DNA from: Acidimicrobiia bacterium
GTDB lineage: Bacteria; Actinomycetota; Acidimicrobiia; Spongiisociales; ZC4RG35
DNA length: 64,000 nt
Assembly (NCBI GenBank): GCA_965204615.1
Contig: OZ242000.1
Coordinates: forward strand, 3,223,913 to 3,287,912
Direction of reading: 5' to 3'
Position numbers and translations under genes: made by a program. Below the pieces are notes generated by a model that worked only from the letters and a program-made list of their open reading frames with translations, had not been told where the DNA came from and ran no database searches. Shown in pieces: positions 43,110 to 52,045 of this stretch. Positions within the stretch are counted from its first letter, which is position 1, and each line of letters starts with the position of its first letter.

Positions 43110-44429
43110 CTACCCGCCTGCGAAGACGTACTCGTCGAGTGCGGAGTCGGGACGCTCGCCGCCGCTGTAGGTGGCGATGCGGAAACTGGCCGCCGCCGGC
43201 TCTCCGGCGTCCACGAACTCGTACGGTCCACCGACGCCGTCGTAGTCGGGATCACCACCGCCTTCGATGACGTCCCTGCAATCGGCGAAGCTGGTGCACT
43301 TGGCGCCACCCCGGGTCACGTCGTTGATCTGCGCCCCGATATCCACCGGGTTGTCGGAGTCGGCCACCAGGGCGGCCAGCGCCACGATCACGATCGCGTC
43401 GTAGGTCTCTGCGCCATAGGCGTAGATCTCTTGCACACCACCCTCATAGGCCCCGTCCAGCCGGGTGGTGAAGTCCGCGATGGCCGTCAGGTTCACCGAA
43501 GGCTCGGTACCGCGCATACCCGTGATGATCGACGGATCGGAAAGCTCGGTTCCGATACCGCCGATGTTTCCATCCACACCGTACACGTTGGTGGCCGACG
43601 TCGGGCCGATGCCCCGCTCATGCATGGTCACCAGGATCGTCGCTGACTCCTGGAAACCGATCACCACAATGGCGTCGGGACCGACGCCCGCCAGTTGGTC
43701 CACCTCGGCGTCGAAGTTGTCGGTGCCGGGTGCGTAGGCGATGAACGGGTCGACAGTGCCGCCCAGGTTCTCGAAGTTCTCCCTGAACGAGTCGGCCAGC
43801 CCCTGCCCATAGGACTCCTGGCGGTAGATCACCCCGGCGATCTCGTTGCCTTCCGACGCCACCAGGTCCGCCAGGACCTTGCCCTGCAGCAGGTCGGAGG
43901 GAGCGGTGCGGAAGTAGAGACCGTTGTCGTCATAGGTAGTGAAGTCCGGTGAGGTGTTCGCCGGAGAGAAGTGGATCACGTTGTTGCCGGTGATCTTGTC
44001 GATCACCAGCTTGGAGACGGCCGAACTGGCCGCTCCGATGATGGCGTCCACCTCCAGGGCGAGGAGCCTGTCGACCTCGGGGTTGGCGATGTCCTGGTTG
44101 GTGTCGCCCGAGTCGCCCTCGTGCAGCACCACGTCCACTCCGAACACCCCGCCGGCCGCGTTGATGTCATCGAGGGCCAACCGGGCGCCGGCGACTACCG
44201 GAGGACCAAGGAAAGCCAGGTCACCGGTGACCGGCAACAGGGTACCTATCACCAAGGGGCCCGCGCCCGTCTCCCCAACCGGGGGTTCCTCCGTGGGGGC
44301 CGCGGTGGTGGCGGGCGCCTGGGTGGTGGTGACGGTCTCCTCCTGGGCGTCCCCTCCGCAGGCAGCCGCCACAAGCGCCACCACCAATATGATGGCCGCC
44401 GACTTCGGATAACTCGTGATTCTGTGCAT
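43110..44429 (-). CDS. ABC transporter substrate-binding lipoprotein, LivK/LivJ-like (periplasmic binding protein type 1)
   Basis: Likely start at MHRITSYPKSAAIILVVALVAAACGG (lipobox). The ORF-track start at 44693 is probably too far upstream. LPVTGDLAFLGPPVVAGARLALDDINAAGGV is LivK-like. Confidence 0.65.
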   Translation of the reverse strand: MHRITSYPKSAAIILVVALVAAACGGDAQEETVTTTQAPATTAAPTEEPPVGETGAGPLVIGTLLPVTGDLAFLGPPVVAGARLALDDINAAGGVFGVDVVLHEGDSGDTNQDIANPEVDRLLALEVDAIIGAASSAVSKLVIDKITGNNVIHFSPANTSPDFTTYDDNGLYFRTAPSDLLQGKVLADLVASEGNEIAGVIYRQESYGQGLADSFRENFENLGGTVDPFIAYAPGTDNFDAEVDQLAGVGPDAIVVIGFQESATILVTMHERGIGPTSATNVYGVDGNIGGIGTELSDPSIITGMRGTEPSVNLTAIADFTTRLDGAYEGGVQEIYAYGAETYDAIVIVALAALVADSDNPVDIGAQINDVTRGGAKCTSFADCRDVIEGGGDPDYDGVGGPYEFVDAGEPAAASFRIATYSGGERPDSALDEYVFAGG

Positions 44430-44601
44430 TTGCTCTGACCGTCCCTTCTTCAGCAGTCCTTCCCGCGGAGGTGGCCCAAATCGGGGAGATGGATGGCAAC
44501 TTCGAGTGAGCCACATGGTCAGTAATAATGGTAATGATGTATGCAGTGCCCGACCCCGTGGCATCGTTCGATTTGTCGGTATAGGATGTCTTTCGACCGC
44601 T

Positions 44602-46338
44602 CTACCGGATGACCGCCACCACCGCGCCGGTCGCCACCGAATCGCCGGCTTCGATGCGGAGTTCCACCACATTGCCATTCTTGCCGGCCGCAACCGCGTT
44701 CTCCATCTTCATGGCCTCCAGCACGCAGATGGTGTCGTCGGCGTCGACCCGGTCGCCCACTTTGACGTTGACCTTGACGATGGTGCCCTGCATGGGAGCG
44801 GTGACCGCCCCGTCGGAGGCGACCGCCGGTCCCTTGGCGGGCTTGGGAGGGCGGCGCCGCACCTTGGCCGCCCGGTCCTCCTGGCCGACGTCGGGCTCCC
44901 AGTAGGAGACCACGAACCGGCGACCGCTTATCTCCACCGTCATGTCCTGGCGGACCACCCCTTCCTCTTCCGGCAGGGACTCCGCGACATCCGGGGCCGT
45001 GGGGGACAGATTGATCTCGGTCTCCAGCCAGTCGGTGTGGTGGCGGGCGGAGATGAAATCGGGATGGTCGAGCACCGCCCTGTGTACCGGGATGGTGGTG
45101 GGCACGCCGGTGATCTCGTACTCGTCCAGGGCCCGCCTGGCGCGGCTGATGGCCTGGGTGCGGGTGGGCGCCCATACCACCAGCTTGGCCAGCAGGTTGT
45201 CGTAATAGCGGGGGACGGTGACGCCCGCCCTGACCCAACCATCCACCCGCACTCCCGGCCCGGCGGGTTCGCGGTAGCTGACGATCCGCCCCGGGGTGGG
45301 CAGGTAGTCGCGATAGGGGTCCTCGGCGTTGATCCGCATCTCGATGGCGTGGCCGTCCGCTCGCAGGCCTATCGCCGAAGTGGGGCTTCCGGCCGCGATT
45401 CGCAGTTGCTCCCGCACCAGGTCCACGCCGGTGACCATCTCGGTGACGGTGTGTTCCACCTGCAGCCGCGTGTTCATCTCCAGAAAGTAGAAGGATCCCT
45501 CCGAGTCCACCAGGAACTCCACGGTTCCGGCGCTGCGATACTCACAGGCCCGGGCGATCCTCAGAGCCGCCTCACCCAGCTCGGTGCTCTGGGAGAGATT
45601 CAAGATCGCCGACGGGGCCTCCTCGATGAGCTTCTGGTGCCTGCGTTGAACCGAGCAGTCCCGCTCACCCAGATAGACGAAGTTGTGATGGTTGTCCACC
45701 AGGATCTGAGCCTCGATGTGGTGGACATCGGTCAGCATCTTCTCGACGTACACCTCGGGACTGCCGAAGAAGGCGTCGGCCTCCCGCTGGGCGGACGCCA
45801 ATGACTCCTGTATCTGCGAGGGGTGGTTCACAGTGCGCATGCCGCGTCCCCCGCCGGCCCTGGACGCCTTGATCAACACCGGGTAGCCCAGCCGGTCGGC
45901 CGCCGCCCTGATCTCGGTGGGGTCTTCCAGGGGAGACCCGGTTCCGGGGACCACCGGCACTCCCGCCTCGGTGGCTATCCGCCGGGACGCCACCTTGTCG
46001 CCCATGGCGGCGATGGCCGCGGGAGGTGGACCGACCCAGATCAGGCCGGCATCGGTGACCGCCTGGGCGAACTCGGCGTTCTCGGACAGGAAGCCGTACC
46101 CCGGATGGATGGATTCGGCGCCCGTCTCGGCGGCCACCCCCAGGATCCGTTCCATGTTCAGGTATGACTTTCCGGCCGGGGCGGGTCCGATGTTCCAGGC
46201 CTGGTCGGCCAACTGGGCGTGATAGGCGTCCCGGTCCGGCTCGGAGTAGACGGCGATGGTTCTCAGGCCGGCCTCGCGGGCGGTGCGAATGATCCTGACC
46301 GCAATCTCGCCGCGGTTGGCGACCAGAACCGACTTCAC
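44602..46338 (-). CDS. Biotin-dependent acyl-CoA carboxylase alpha subunit (biotin carboxylase + BCCP)
   Basis: MKSVLVANRGEIAVRIIRTAREAG... is the biotin carboxylase region. The C-terminal biotinyl domain has the EAMKM motif. Confidence 0.85.
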   Translation of the reverse strand: MKSVLVANRGEIAVRIIRTAREAGLRTIAVYSEPDRDAYHAQLADQAWNIGPAPAGKSYLNMERILGVAAETGAESIHPGYGFLSENAEFAQAVTDAGLIWVGPPPAAIAAMGDKVASRRIATEAGVPVVPGTGSPLEDPTEIRAAADRLGYPVLIKASRAGGGRGMRTVNHPSQIQESLASAQREADAFFGSPEVYVEKMLTDVHHIEAQILVDNHHNFVYLGERDCSVQRRHQKLIEEAPSAILNLSQSTELGEAALRIARACEYRSAGTVEFLVDSEGSFYFLEMNTRLQVEHTVTEMVTGVDLVREQLRIAAGSPTSAIGLRADGHAIEMRINAEDPYRDYLPTPGRIVSYREPAGPGVRVDGWVRAGVTVPRYYDNLLAKLVVWAPTRTQAISRARRALDEYEITGVPTTIPVHRAVLDHPDFISARHHTDWLETEINLSPTAPDVAESLPEEEGVVRQDMTVEISGRRFVVSYWEPDVGQEDRAAKVRRRPPKPAKGPAVASDGAVTAPMQGTIVKVNVKVGDRVDADDTICVLEAMKMENAVAAGKNGNVVELRIEAGDSVATGAVVAVIR

Positions 46339-47880
46339 AGCGGTATGTTCCCGTGCTTCTTGCTGGGCAGACTTTCCCGCTTGGTGCGGAGCATCTCCAG
46401 GGCCGCGATGAGATGGGCGCGGGTCTCACGCGGCTCGATCACCGCGTCCACCAGGCCCAGTTCGGCCGCCTTGTAGGGGTTGTTGAACTCCTCCTCGTAC
46501 TCCCGCACCAACTCCAGGCGGCGTTGCTCGGGATCCTCCGCGGCGGCGATCTCCCGCCGGAAGATCACGTTCACGGCGCCCGATGCGCCCATCACCGCGA
46601 TCTCGGCGGATGGCCAGGCAAAGACGGTGTCGGCCCGGATCCCCCGGGCGTTCATCACCAGGTAGGCCCCCCCGTAGGCCTTGCGGGTGATCACCGACAC
46701 CCGGGGTACGGTGGCCTCGCAGTAGGCGTAGAGCAACTTGGCGCCGTGACGGATGATGCCGCCGTGTTCCTGGTCCACCCCCGGGAGGAACCCGGGAACG
46801 TCCACGAAGGTGACCAGGGGAATGTTGAAGGCGTCGCAGAAGCGGACGAACCTCGCGCCCTTCTCCGCCGCGTCGATGTCCAGGGTCCCGGCCAGAACGG
46901 AGGGCTGGTTGGCGACCACCCCCACGGTGTGGCCGTCGAGACGGCCCAGGCCCACCAGGATGTTCTGCGCCCAGTGCTCGTGCACCTGGAAGAAGTCTCG
47001 GTCGTCGAGGACCGTCTCGATCAGGGCGATCATGTCATAGGGCTGGTTTGAGGAGTCGGGAATGATCTGGTCCAGCAGATCGTCGGTGCGGGTGGACGAG
47101 TCGGTGGGGGTGAAGTAGGTGGGGAGCTCCAGGTTGTTCTGGGGCAGGAAGGAGAGCAGGTACCGGACGCCGTCGAGGGCTGCCACGTCCTCTGAGAAGA
47201 CGAAATGCACCACGCCCGAGGTGGAGGCGTGCACCATTGCTCCTCCCAGTTCCTCGAAGGTGACCTCCTCGCCGGTGACCGCCTTGATCACGTCGGGTCC
47301 GGTGATGAACAGGTGGCTGGTCTCGGTCACCTGTATCACGAAGTCGGTGAGGGCCGGGGAGTAGACGGCGCCGCCCGCGCAGGGTCCCATGATCACCGAG
47401 ATCTGGGGGATCACCCCCGAGGCGCGGACGTTGCGCTCGAAGATTCTCCCGTAGCCGTCCAAAGAACCCACGCCCTCCTGGATGCGGGCCCCTCCGGAGT
47501 CCTTGAGGCCGATGAGAGGCGCTCCGGCTCGCATCGCCATGTCCATTATCTTGCAGATCTTGTCCGCCACCGCCCGGCCGAGGCTTCCCCCGAAGGTGGT
47601 GAAATCCTCGGAGAACACGAACACGGTCCGCCCGTCGATCTTCCCCCAGCCGGTCACCACCGCGTCGCCGAGCGGGCGGCGGTTCTCCACCCCGAAGCCG
47701 CGCGCCGAGTGCCGCACGAAGGAGTCGACCTCACAGAAGGTGTCCTGGTCCAGCAGGTGGGCGATCCGCTCGCGGGCGGTGAGCTTGCCCCGCTCGTGCT
47801 GGCGGTCTACGGCTCTCCGGTCGAGCGCGCCCGCCTGGCTTCGCATCTTGCGCAGATGTTCGATTCTCTGTTCGGTTCCC
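46335..47880 (-). CDS. Acyl-CoA carboxylase carboxyltransferase beta subunit (PccB/AccD5-like)
   Basis: RQHERGKLTARERIAHLLD...VTGWGKIDGRTVFVFSEDFTTFGGSLG. The start is uncertain: GTG at 47880 or ATG at 47846. The ORF-track start at 47984 would overlap birA. Confidence 0.75.
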
Positions 47881-47916
47881 ACCCCGGCTACACCTCTTCG
47901 ATAGGCTCTGTCATAC

Positions 47917-48630
47917 TTGGACTTGGGGAATGGCTCTTTGGCTACACCATATTCTTTGATCCGGCTGTCTGTTACGGGTTCCACACAGGACGACGCCCGC
48001 CGAGCTTATCGGGGAAGACCCGTGGTCGTGGTATCTGACCGTCAGGAATATGGTAGGGGAAGGAGGGACCGGACCTGGATCAGCGCTCCGGGGGCGGTGG
48101 CGGTCTCGGTTGCCTGCGAGCCGCGGTGGCCCGCCGGTCGCTGGGGGTTGCTGTCCCTGCTGGCGGGTCTGCTGGCGGCGGAGGCCCTGGGTGGAAGGGT
48201 CTCCCTGAAGTGGCCCAATGACCTTCTGGTCGGGGAGGAGAAGGTGGGTGGCGTGCTGGTGGAGGGGAGCGGCCGGGTGGCGGTGGCGGGATGCGGGATC
48301 AACCTGTGGTGGCCCGACTCTCCCCGGGGGATGACCGGCCTGGACGAGCATCCCCCCTCGGATTCCCGCCGGGAGGAGTTCGCCCACGCCTGGGCGGGAG
48401 GGTTCCTGGAAGCCGCGCTCGATCCGGGGGGAGGAGCCTTCTCGCTCGACGACTACCGCCGCAGATGCGTGACGCTCGGCCAATGGGTGAGGTGGGGCGC
48501 CGAAGCCGTGGGACGGGCGGTCGGCGTCAACTCCGAAGGGGAGTTGGTGGTGGAGAACGCCGACGGGCGCAGAAGCCTGCGCTCCGAGGAGGTCGCCCAC
48601 ATCCGGGGCGCCTCCGGAGGGAGGGACTAG
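47917..48630 (+). CDS. birA: Biotin--protein ligase
   Basis: GRGRRDRTWISAPG...LKWPNDLLVGEEKVGGVLVE (KWPND motif). Divergent from the carboxylase operon. Confidence 0.75.
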   Translation: MDLGNGSLATPYSLIRLSVTGSTQDDARRAYRGRPVVVVSDRQEYGRGRRDRTWISAPGAVAVSVACEPRWPAGRWGLLSLLAGLLAAEALGGRVSLKWPNDLLVGEEKVGGVLVEGSGRVAVAGCGINLWWPDSPRGMTGLDEHPPSDSRREEFAHAWAGGFLEAALDPGGGAFSLDDYRRRCVTLGQWVRWGAEAVGRAVGVNSEGELVVENADGRRSLRSEEVAHIRGASGGRD

Positions 48631-49358
48631 CCCAGGTCCAGGGTCCGGGGTGCGGGGAGGTGGGAGGTGAAGAACCCGGCGAGGCGCGCCAGGGCGTCCA
48701 TCGCCGCACCCTCGTCGTAGTTGGGGTGGTTCTCGTCGACGAAACCGTGCCCGACTCCCTCATAGAGCAACCAGGCGCCGGCGGGGTTGCGGTCCTGGGC
48801 GTTGTCCACCGTCCCGGGATCGATCAGTTCGTCACCGGCGGCGTAGATGCCCAGAACGGAGGCTCCCAGCCGCTCCAACTGCTCTGCGGTGGGGTAGCGT
48901 CGTTGCTCGTCCCCGGTCAATGACCCGTAGAGGACGGCCACCGGGCCAACCCAGCTTCGCAGTGCGGCGGCCATCAGTGCCACCCTTCCCCCCGCCTCGA
49001 TTCCGAGCACCCCCACCCGGTCGGCCATGGCCCAATCGAGGTCCTCGTCGCTGAGAAAGCGCCGCGTCTCGTCCAGTTGGGCCAGCAGGTCCGAGTCGCC
49101 CATCCCGTGGTGGACGCCGTTCGATGACGCCGGCCCGAGGTTCAGGGCGAGAGTCACGATTCCCTGCCGGGCCAGGTGCCGGGAGACGCTCTTGACGTGT
49201 GAGGAGACTTTTCCGGGACCACTCGCGATCAGCACCACCGGAAAGCGGCCAACCGCGTCGGGTCGAGCCAGGTAGTCGGACCGATAGGTACTCCCGGCCG
49301 GGGTGGAGTAGGTACCGTACATCACCGAGTAGGTTCCCTCATGGGGAAGAACCGCCAA
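48627..49358 (-). CDS. Alpha/beta hydrolase, dienelactone-hydrolase-like
   Basis: VVLIASGPGKVSSHVKSVSRHLARQGIVTLALN...IGVLGIEAGGRVALMAA. Fold-level call only. Confidence 0.45.
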   Translation of the reverse strand: MAVLPHEGTYSVMYGTYSTPAGSTYRSDYLARPDAVGRFPVVLIASGPGKVSSHVKSVSRHLARQGIVTLALNLGPASSNGVHHGMGDSDLLAQLDETRRFLSDEDLDWAMADRVGVLGIEAGGRVALMAAALRSWVGPVAVLYGSLTGDEQRRYPTAEQLERLGASVLGIYAAGDELIDPGTVDNAQDRNPAGAWLLYEGVGHGFVDENHPNYDEGAAMDALARLAGFFTSHLPAPRTLDLG

Positions 49359-49452
49359 AGCTGACCCTCCTGGGTTGGTGTTACTTTCGAAAAAGGGTAG
49401 CGGTTCCCCGGTCGGCTATTTTCAACATGATCGAGTATCTGAGAACTTCGGA

Positions 49453-50358
49453 ATGGAACGGACAGTGACCCGGCGGGCGGTTGTCACCGGGGGAGCGGGG
49501 TTCATCGGCGCCCACCTCTGTGAGATGCTGGTGCGCGGCGGCTGGAGGGTTCTCTCCCTCGACGACTGCTCCACCGGCTCTCCGGAGAACCTGGAGAGGG
49601 CGCGCTCTGTGGGAGTCGAGACCCTCGACGTGGACATAACCACCCCGGACCTGGACGGGGCTATGGCGGAGGCCCGCCCGCAGGTGGTGTTCCATCTGGC
49701 GGCGATGTCGTCGGTGACCCTCTGCGCACGGGACCCGGAGCGATGCAGAACCGTGAACGTGGAGGGGACCGCCCGAGTGTGGGAGGCCGCCGGCCGGAGC
49801 GGGGCGGAGAAGTTGGTGAACGTCTCGTCGCTGGCCGTCCACGGAGTCTCCCCCGACGCATACGGGAGCAGCAAGCTGGCCGCCGAGACGCTCCTTGCCC
49901 GGCGGGCGTCCTCGGCGCGGATGCGGCTCACCACCCTGCGTCCCGCCAATGTCTACGGACCTCGCCAGCCCGGCGACGGGGAGTCGGCGGTGGTGGCCAC
50001 CTGGTTGGGGGCCATGGCGCGGGGAGAGCCGTTGTTCCTGGACGGCGACGGCCGCCAGACCAGGGACTTCCTCTACGTGGACGACGCGGTGGCGGCGATG
50101 GTCCTGGCCGCCGACCGGGCGGACGGAGACACGCTGGAGCTGGGCAGGGGCGTGGAGACGTCGCTGGTGTCGCTTCTGGACACGATGGCCGCCACGACCG
50201 GATGGCAGGGGCGTCCCGGCAGTCGCCCGGCGCGGCCGGGAGACATCAGGCGGTCGGTGGTGGATCCCCGTCCCGCCGGGGATCGGCTCGGCTGGGAACC
50301 CCGAACGGGGTTGGAGGAGGGTCTGCGCCTCACCTGGGAGTGGATGTCCGCCGGCTAG
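49453..50358 (+). CDS. NAD-dependent epimerase/dehydratase family protein
   Basis: VVTGGAGFIGAHLCEML Rossmann motif. Probable start at MERTVTRRAVV. YxxxK region present. Confidence 0.7.
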   Translation: MERTVTRRAVVTGGAGFIGAHLCEMLVRGGWRVLSLDDCSTGSPENLERARSVGVETLDVDITTPDLDGAMAEARPQVVFHLAAMSSVTLCARDPERCRTVNVEGTARVWEAAGRSGAEKLVNVSSLAVHGVSPDAYGSSKLAAETLLARRASSARMRLTTLRPANVYGPRQPGDGESAVVATWLGAMARGEPLFLDGDGRQTRDFLYVDDAVAAMVLAADRADGDTLELGRGVETSLVSLLDTMAATTGWQGRPGSRPARPGDIRRSVVDPRPAGDRLGWEPRTGLEEGLRLTWEWMSAG

Positions 50359-50374
50359 GCCGGCGGACCCGGGT

Positions 50375-51079
50375 TCACCGGAACAGGTCCTCGGAGGCCG
50401 GGCGTATCAGTTCGGTGGCCGAGCCGTCCCCGGCCGGAAGTGAAAGCCCGCGGACAATCGCCACCGGGATGCCGCCGACCTTGCCCTTGACCAGGTCGGC
50501 CGCGGCGGCGATCTCGTCGGCCACCGCCACCTCGGTCACCTCCAGGACCCGGTCATGATCATCCGGGGTGCCCCTCATGTCGCGGATCGGCCTGAATCCC
50601 GCCACCCCGATCGCCACATCGGTCAGGCCCCGTCGGAAGGGCCGGCCGAAGGTGTCGGTGATCACCACCGCCACCTCCACGCCGAACCGCCGGATCAGTC
50701 GGGAACGGATCCTGCGCGCCGACCGGTCCGGGTCCACGGGGAGCAGGACGGCCCGACCGGGACCGACGTTCGAGCGGTCCACCCCGGCGTTCGCGCAGAT
50801 GAAGCCATGCCGGGTCTCGGTGATGACCAGGTCGCCCCGGCGGCGGAGGACGGCTGCCGCCTCCGACTCCACCAGACGGCGATGGCTGTCCGGACCGTCG
50901 TCCTCCAACTCCACCATTCTTCCCTCGGCCTTGGAGACCACCTTGTGGGTCACCACCACCACATCTCCGGTGTGCAGGCCCAGGCCGGATTCGGTCAGCA
51001 GGTCGCCGATCAGGAGAGCGAGATCGTCCCCCTCCGATATCTCGGGAAGTCCGCTCACCGGGTGGATGCTGATCGTCAC
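50375..51079 (-). CDS. cofE: Coenzyme F420-0:L-glutamate ligase (CofE-like)
   Basis: VTISIHPVSGLPEISEGDDLALLIGD...FICANAGVDRSN. The GTG start overlaps the cofD stop (GTGA). The ORF-track 515-aa call merges frames. Confidence 0.65.
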   Translation of the reverse strand: MTISIHPVSGLPEISEGDDLALLIGDLLTESGLGLHTGDVVVVTHKVVSKAEGRMVELEDDGPDSHRRLVESEAAAVLRRRGDLVITETRHGFICANAGVDRSNVGPGRAVLLPVDPDRSARRIRSRLIRRFGVEVAVVITDTFGRPFRRGLTDVAIGVAGFRPIRDMRGTPDDHDRVLEVTEVAVADEIAAAADLVKGKVGGIPVAIVRGLSLPAGDGSATELIRPASEDLFR

Positions 51080-52014
51080 AGCGACTCCATGATTTCGGCG
51101 GCCAGCCGGGCGGCGGCGGCGGGTTCTGCTATTCGAGTGTCGGTCGCCCAGGCACGAAGGCCCAGGTCGGAGAGGAAGCCGACGTCCTCTGCGTCCCCTG
51201 TGTCCACCACCATGCCCGACAGCAGACCCCGGTAGGCCTCGGCCACGCCCCGGTTGCCGGGCGGGAGGCCGAGGCCGTCCATCACGTCGGCGGCCGGACC
51301 CTTGAGGGCCTTTCCTCCGAAGAGCGGGCTGACCGCGATCACCGTGTCGGCCGACTCCAGGGCGGATCGGATGCCGGGTACGGCCAGAATCGGCCAGATC
51401 GAGAGGGGAGGGTTGGATGGTGCGATGACCACCGCTCGGGCTCCGTGGATCGCCTCGATCACTCCCGGAGCGGGCCGGGCGGCCTCCGCCCCGTCGAAGC
51501 GGAGCCCACCGATCCGGTCGCGGTGCCGGCGGCGCACGAAGTAGTCCTGGAAGTCGAGCCACTCCCCTTCTATGGTGCGCAGCTTGGTGCGAAGCGCCTG
51601 GTCGGTGGCGGGGAGCAGCTTCATCCCGATGTCGAACGCGGAGGCGATCTCGTCGGTGATGAGGCTGAGCGGCTGTCCCTCCCTGATTCGCATGGTCCGC
51701 AACAGGTTGGTGGCCAGGTCCCGGTCGCCCAATCGGAACGTGGTGTCGAGCGGGAACGCCGAGAGGGCGTCCATGACCTCCCAGGTCTCGTCGGCCACCC
51801 CCCAGCCCTGGGGACCCTCGGCCTCGGCGAGGGTGTAGACGACCGTGTCCAGGTCGGGGGCGACGTACACCCCGTACACCCAGTCGTCGTCCCCGGTGTT
51901 CACCACCACCGTGGTGTCCCATCCTTCCAGCCGCGAGAACCCTCGCGCCAGTCGCGCTCCTCCCACTCCTCCGGAAAGGAGCAGCACTCCCGGCTTTTCG
52001 TCAAGCGTTCTCAT
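51076..52014 (-). CDS. cofD: 2-phospho-L-lactate transferase (CofD-like, F420 biosynthesis)
   Basis: MRTLDEKPGVLLLSGGVGGARLARG... and overall CofD-like sequence. Confidence 0.7.
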   Translation of the reverse strand: MRTLDEKPGVLLLSGGVGGARLARGFSRLEGWDTTVVVNTGDDDWVYGVYVAPDLDTVVYTLAEAEGPQGWGVADETWEVMDALSAFPLDTTFRLGDRDLATNLLRTMRIREGQPLSLITDEIASAFDIGMKLLPATDQALRTKLRTIEGEWLDFQDYFVRRRHRDRIGGLRFDGAEAARPAPGVIEAIHGARAVVIAPSNPPLSIWPILAVPGIRSALESADTVIAVSPLFGGKALKGPAADVMDGLGLPPGNRGVAEAYRGLLSGMVVDTGDAEDVGFLSDLGLRAWATDTRIAEPAAAARLAAEIMESL

Positions 52015-52045
52015 TGTCGGTTCGTATTCCTAGCATTGGCGTCTG

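Noticed and set aside
50375-51922. 515-aa minus-strand ORF spanning cofE and most of cofD
   Set aside because: Its N-terminal 280 aa are a Gly/Arg-rich alternate frame of cofD. Only the last ~234 codons (50375..51079, GTG start overlapping the cofD stop) look like a real gene (CofE).
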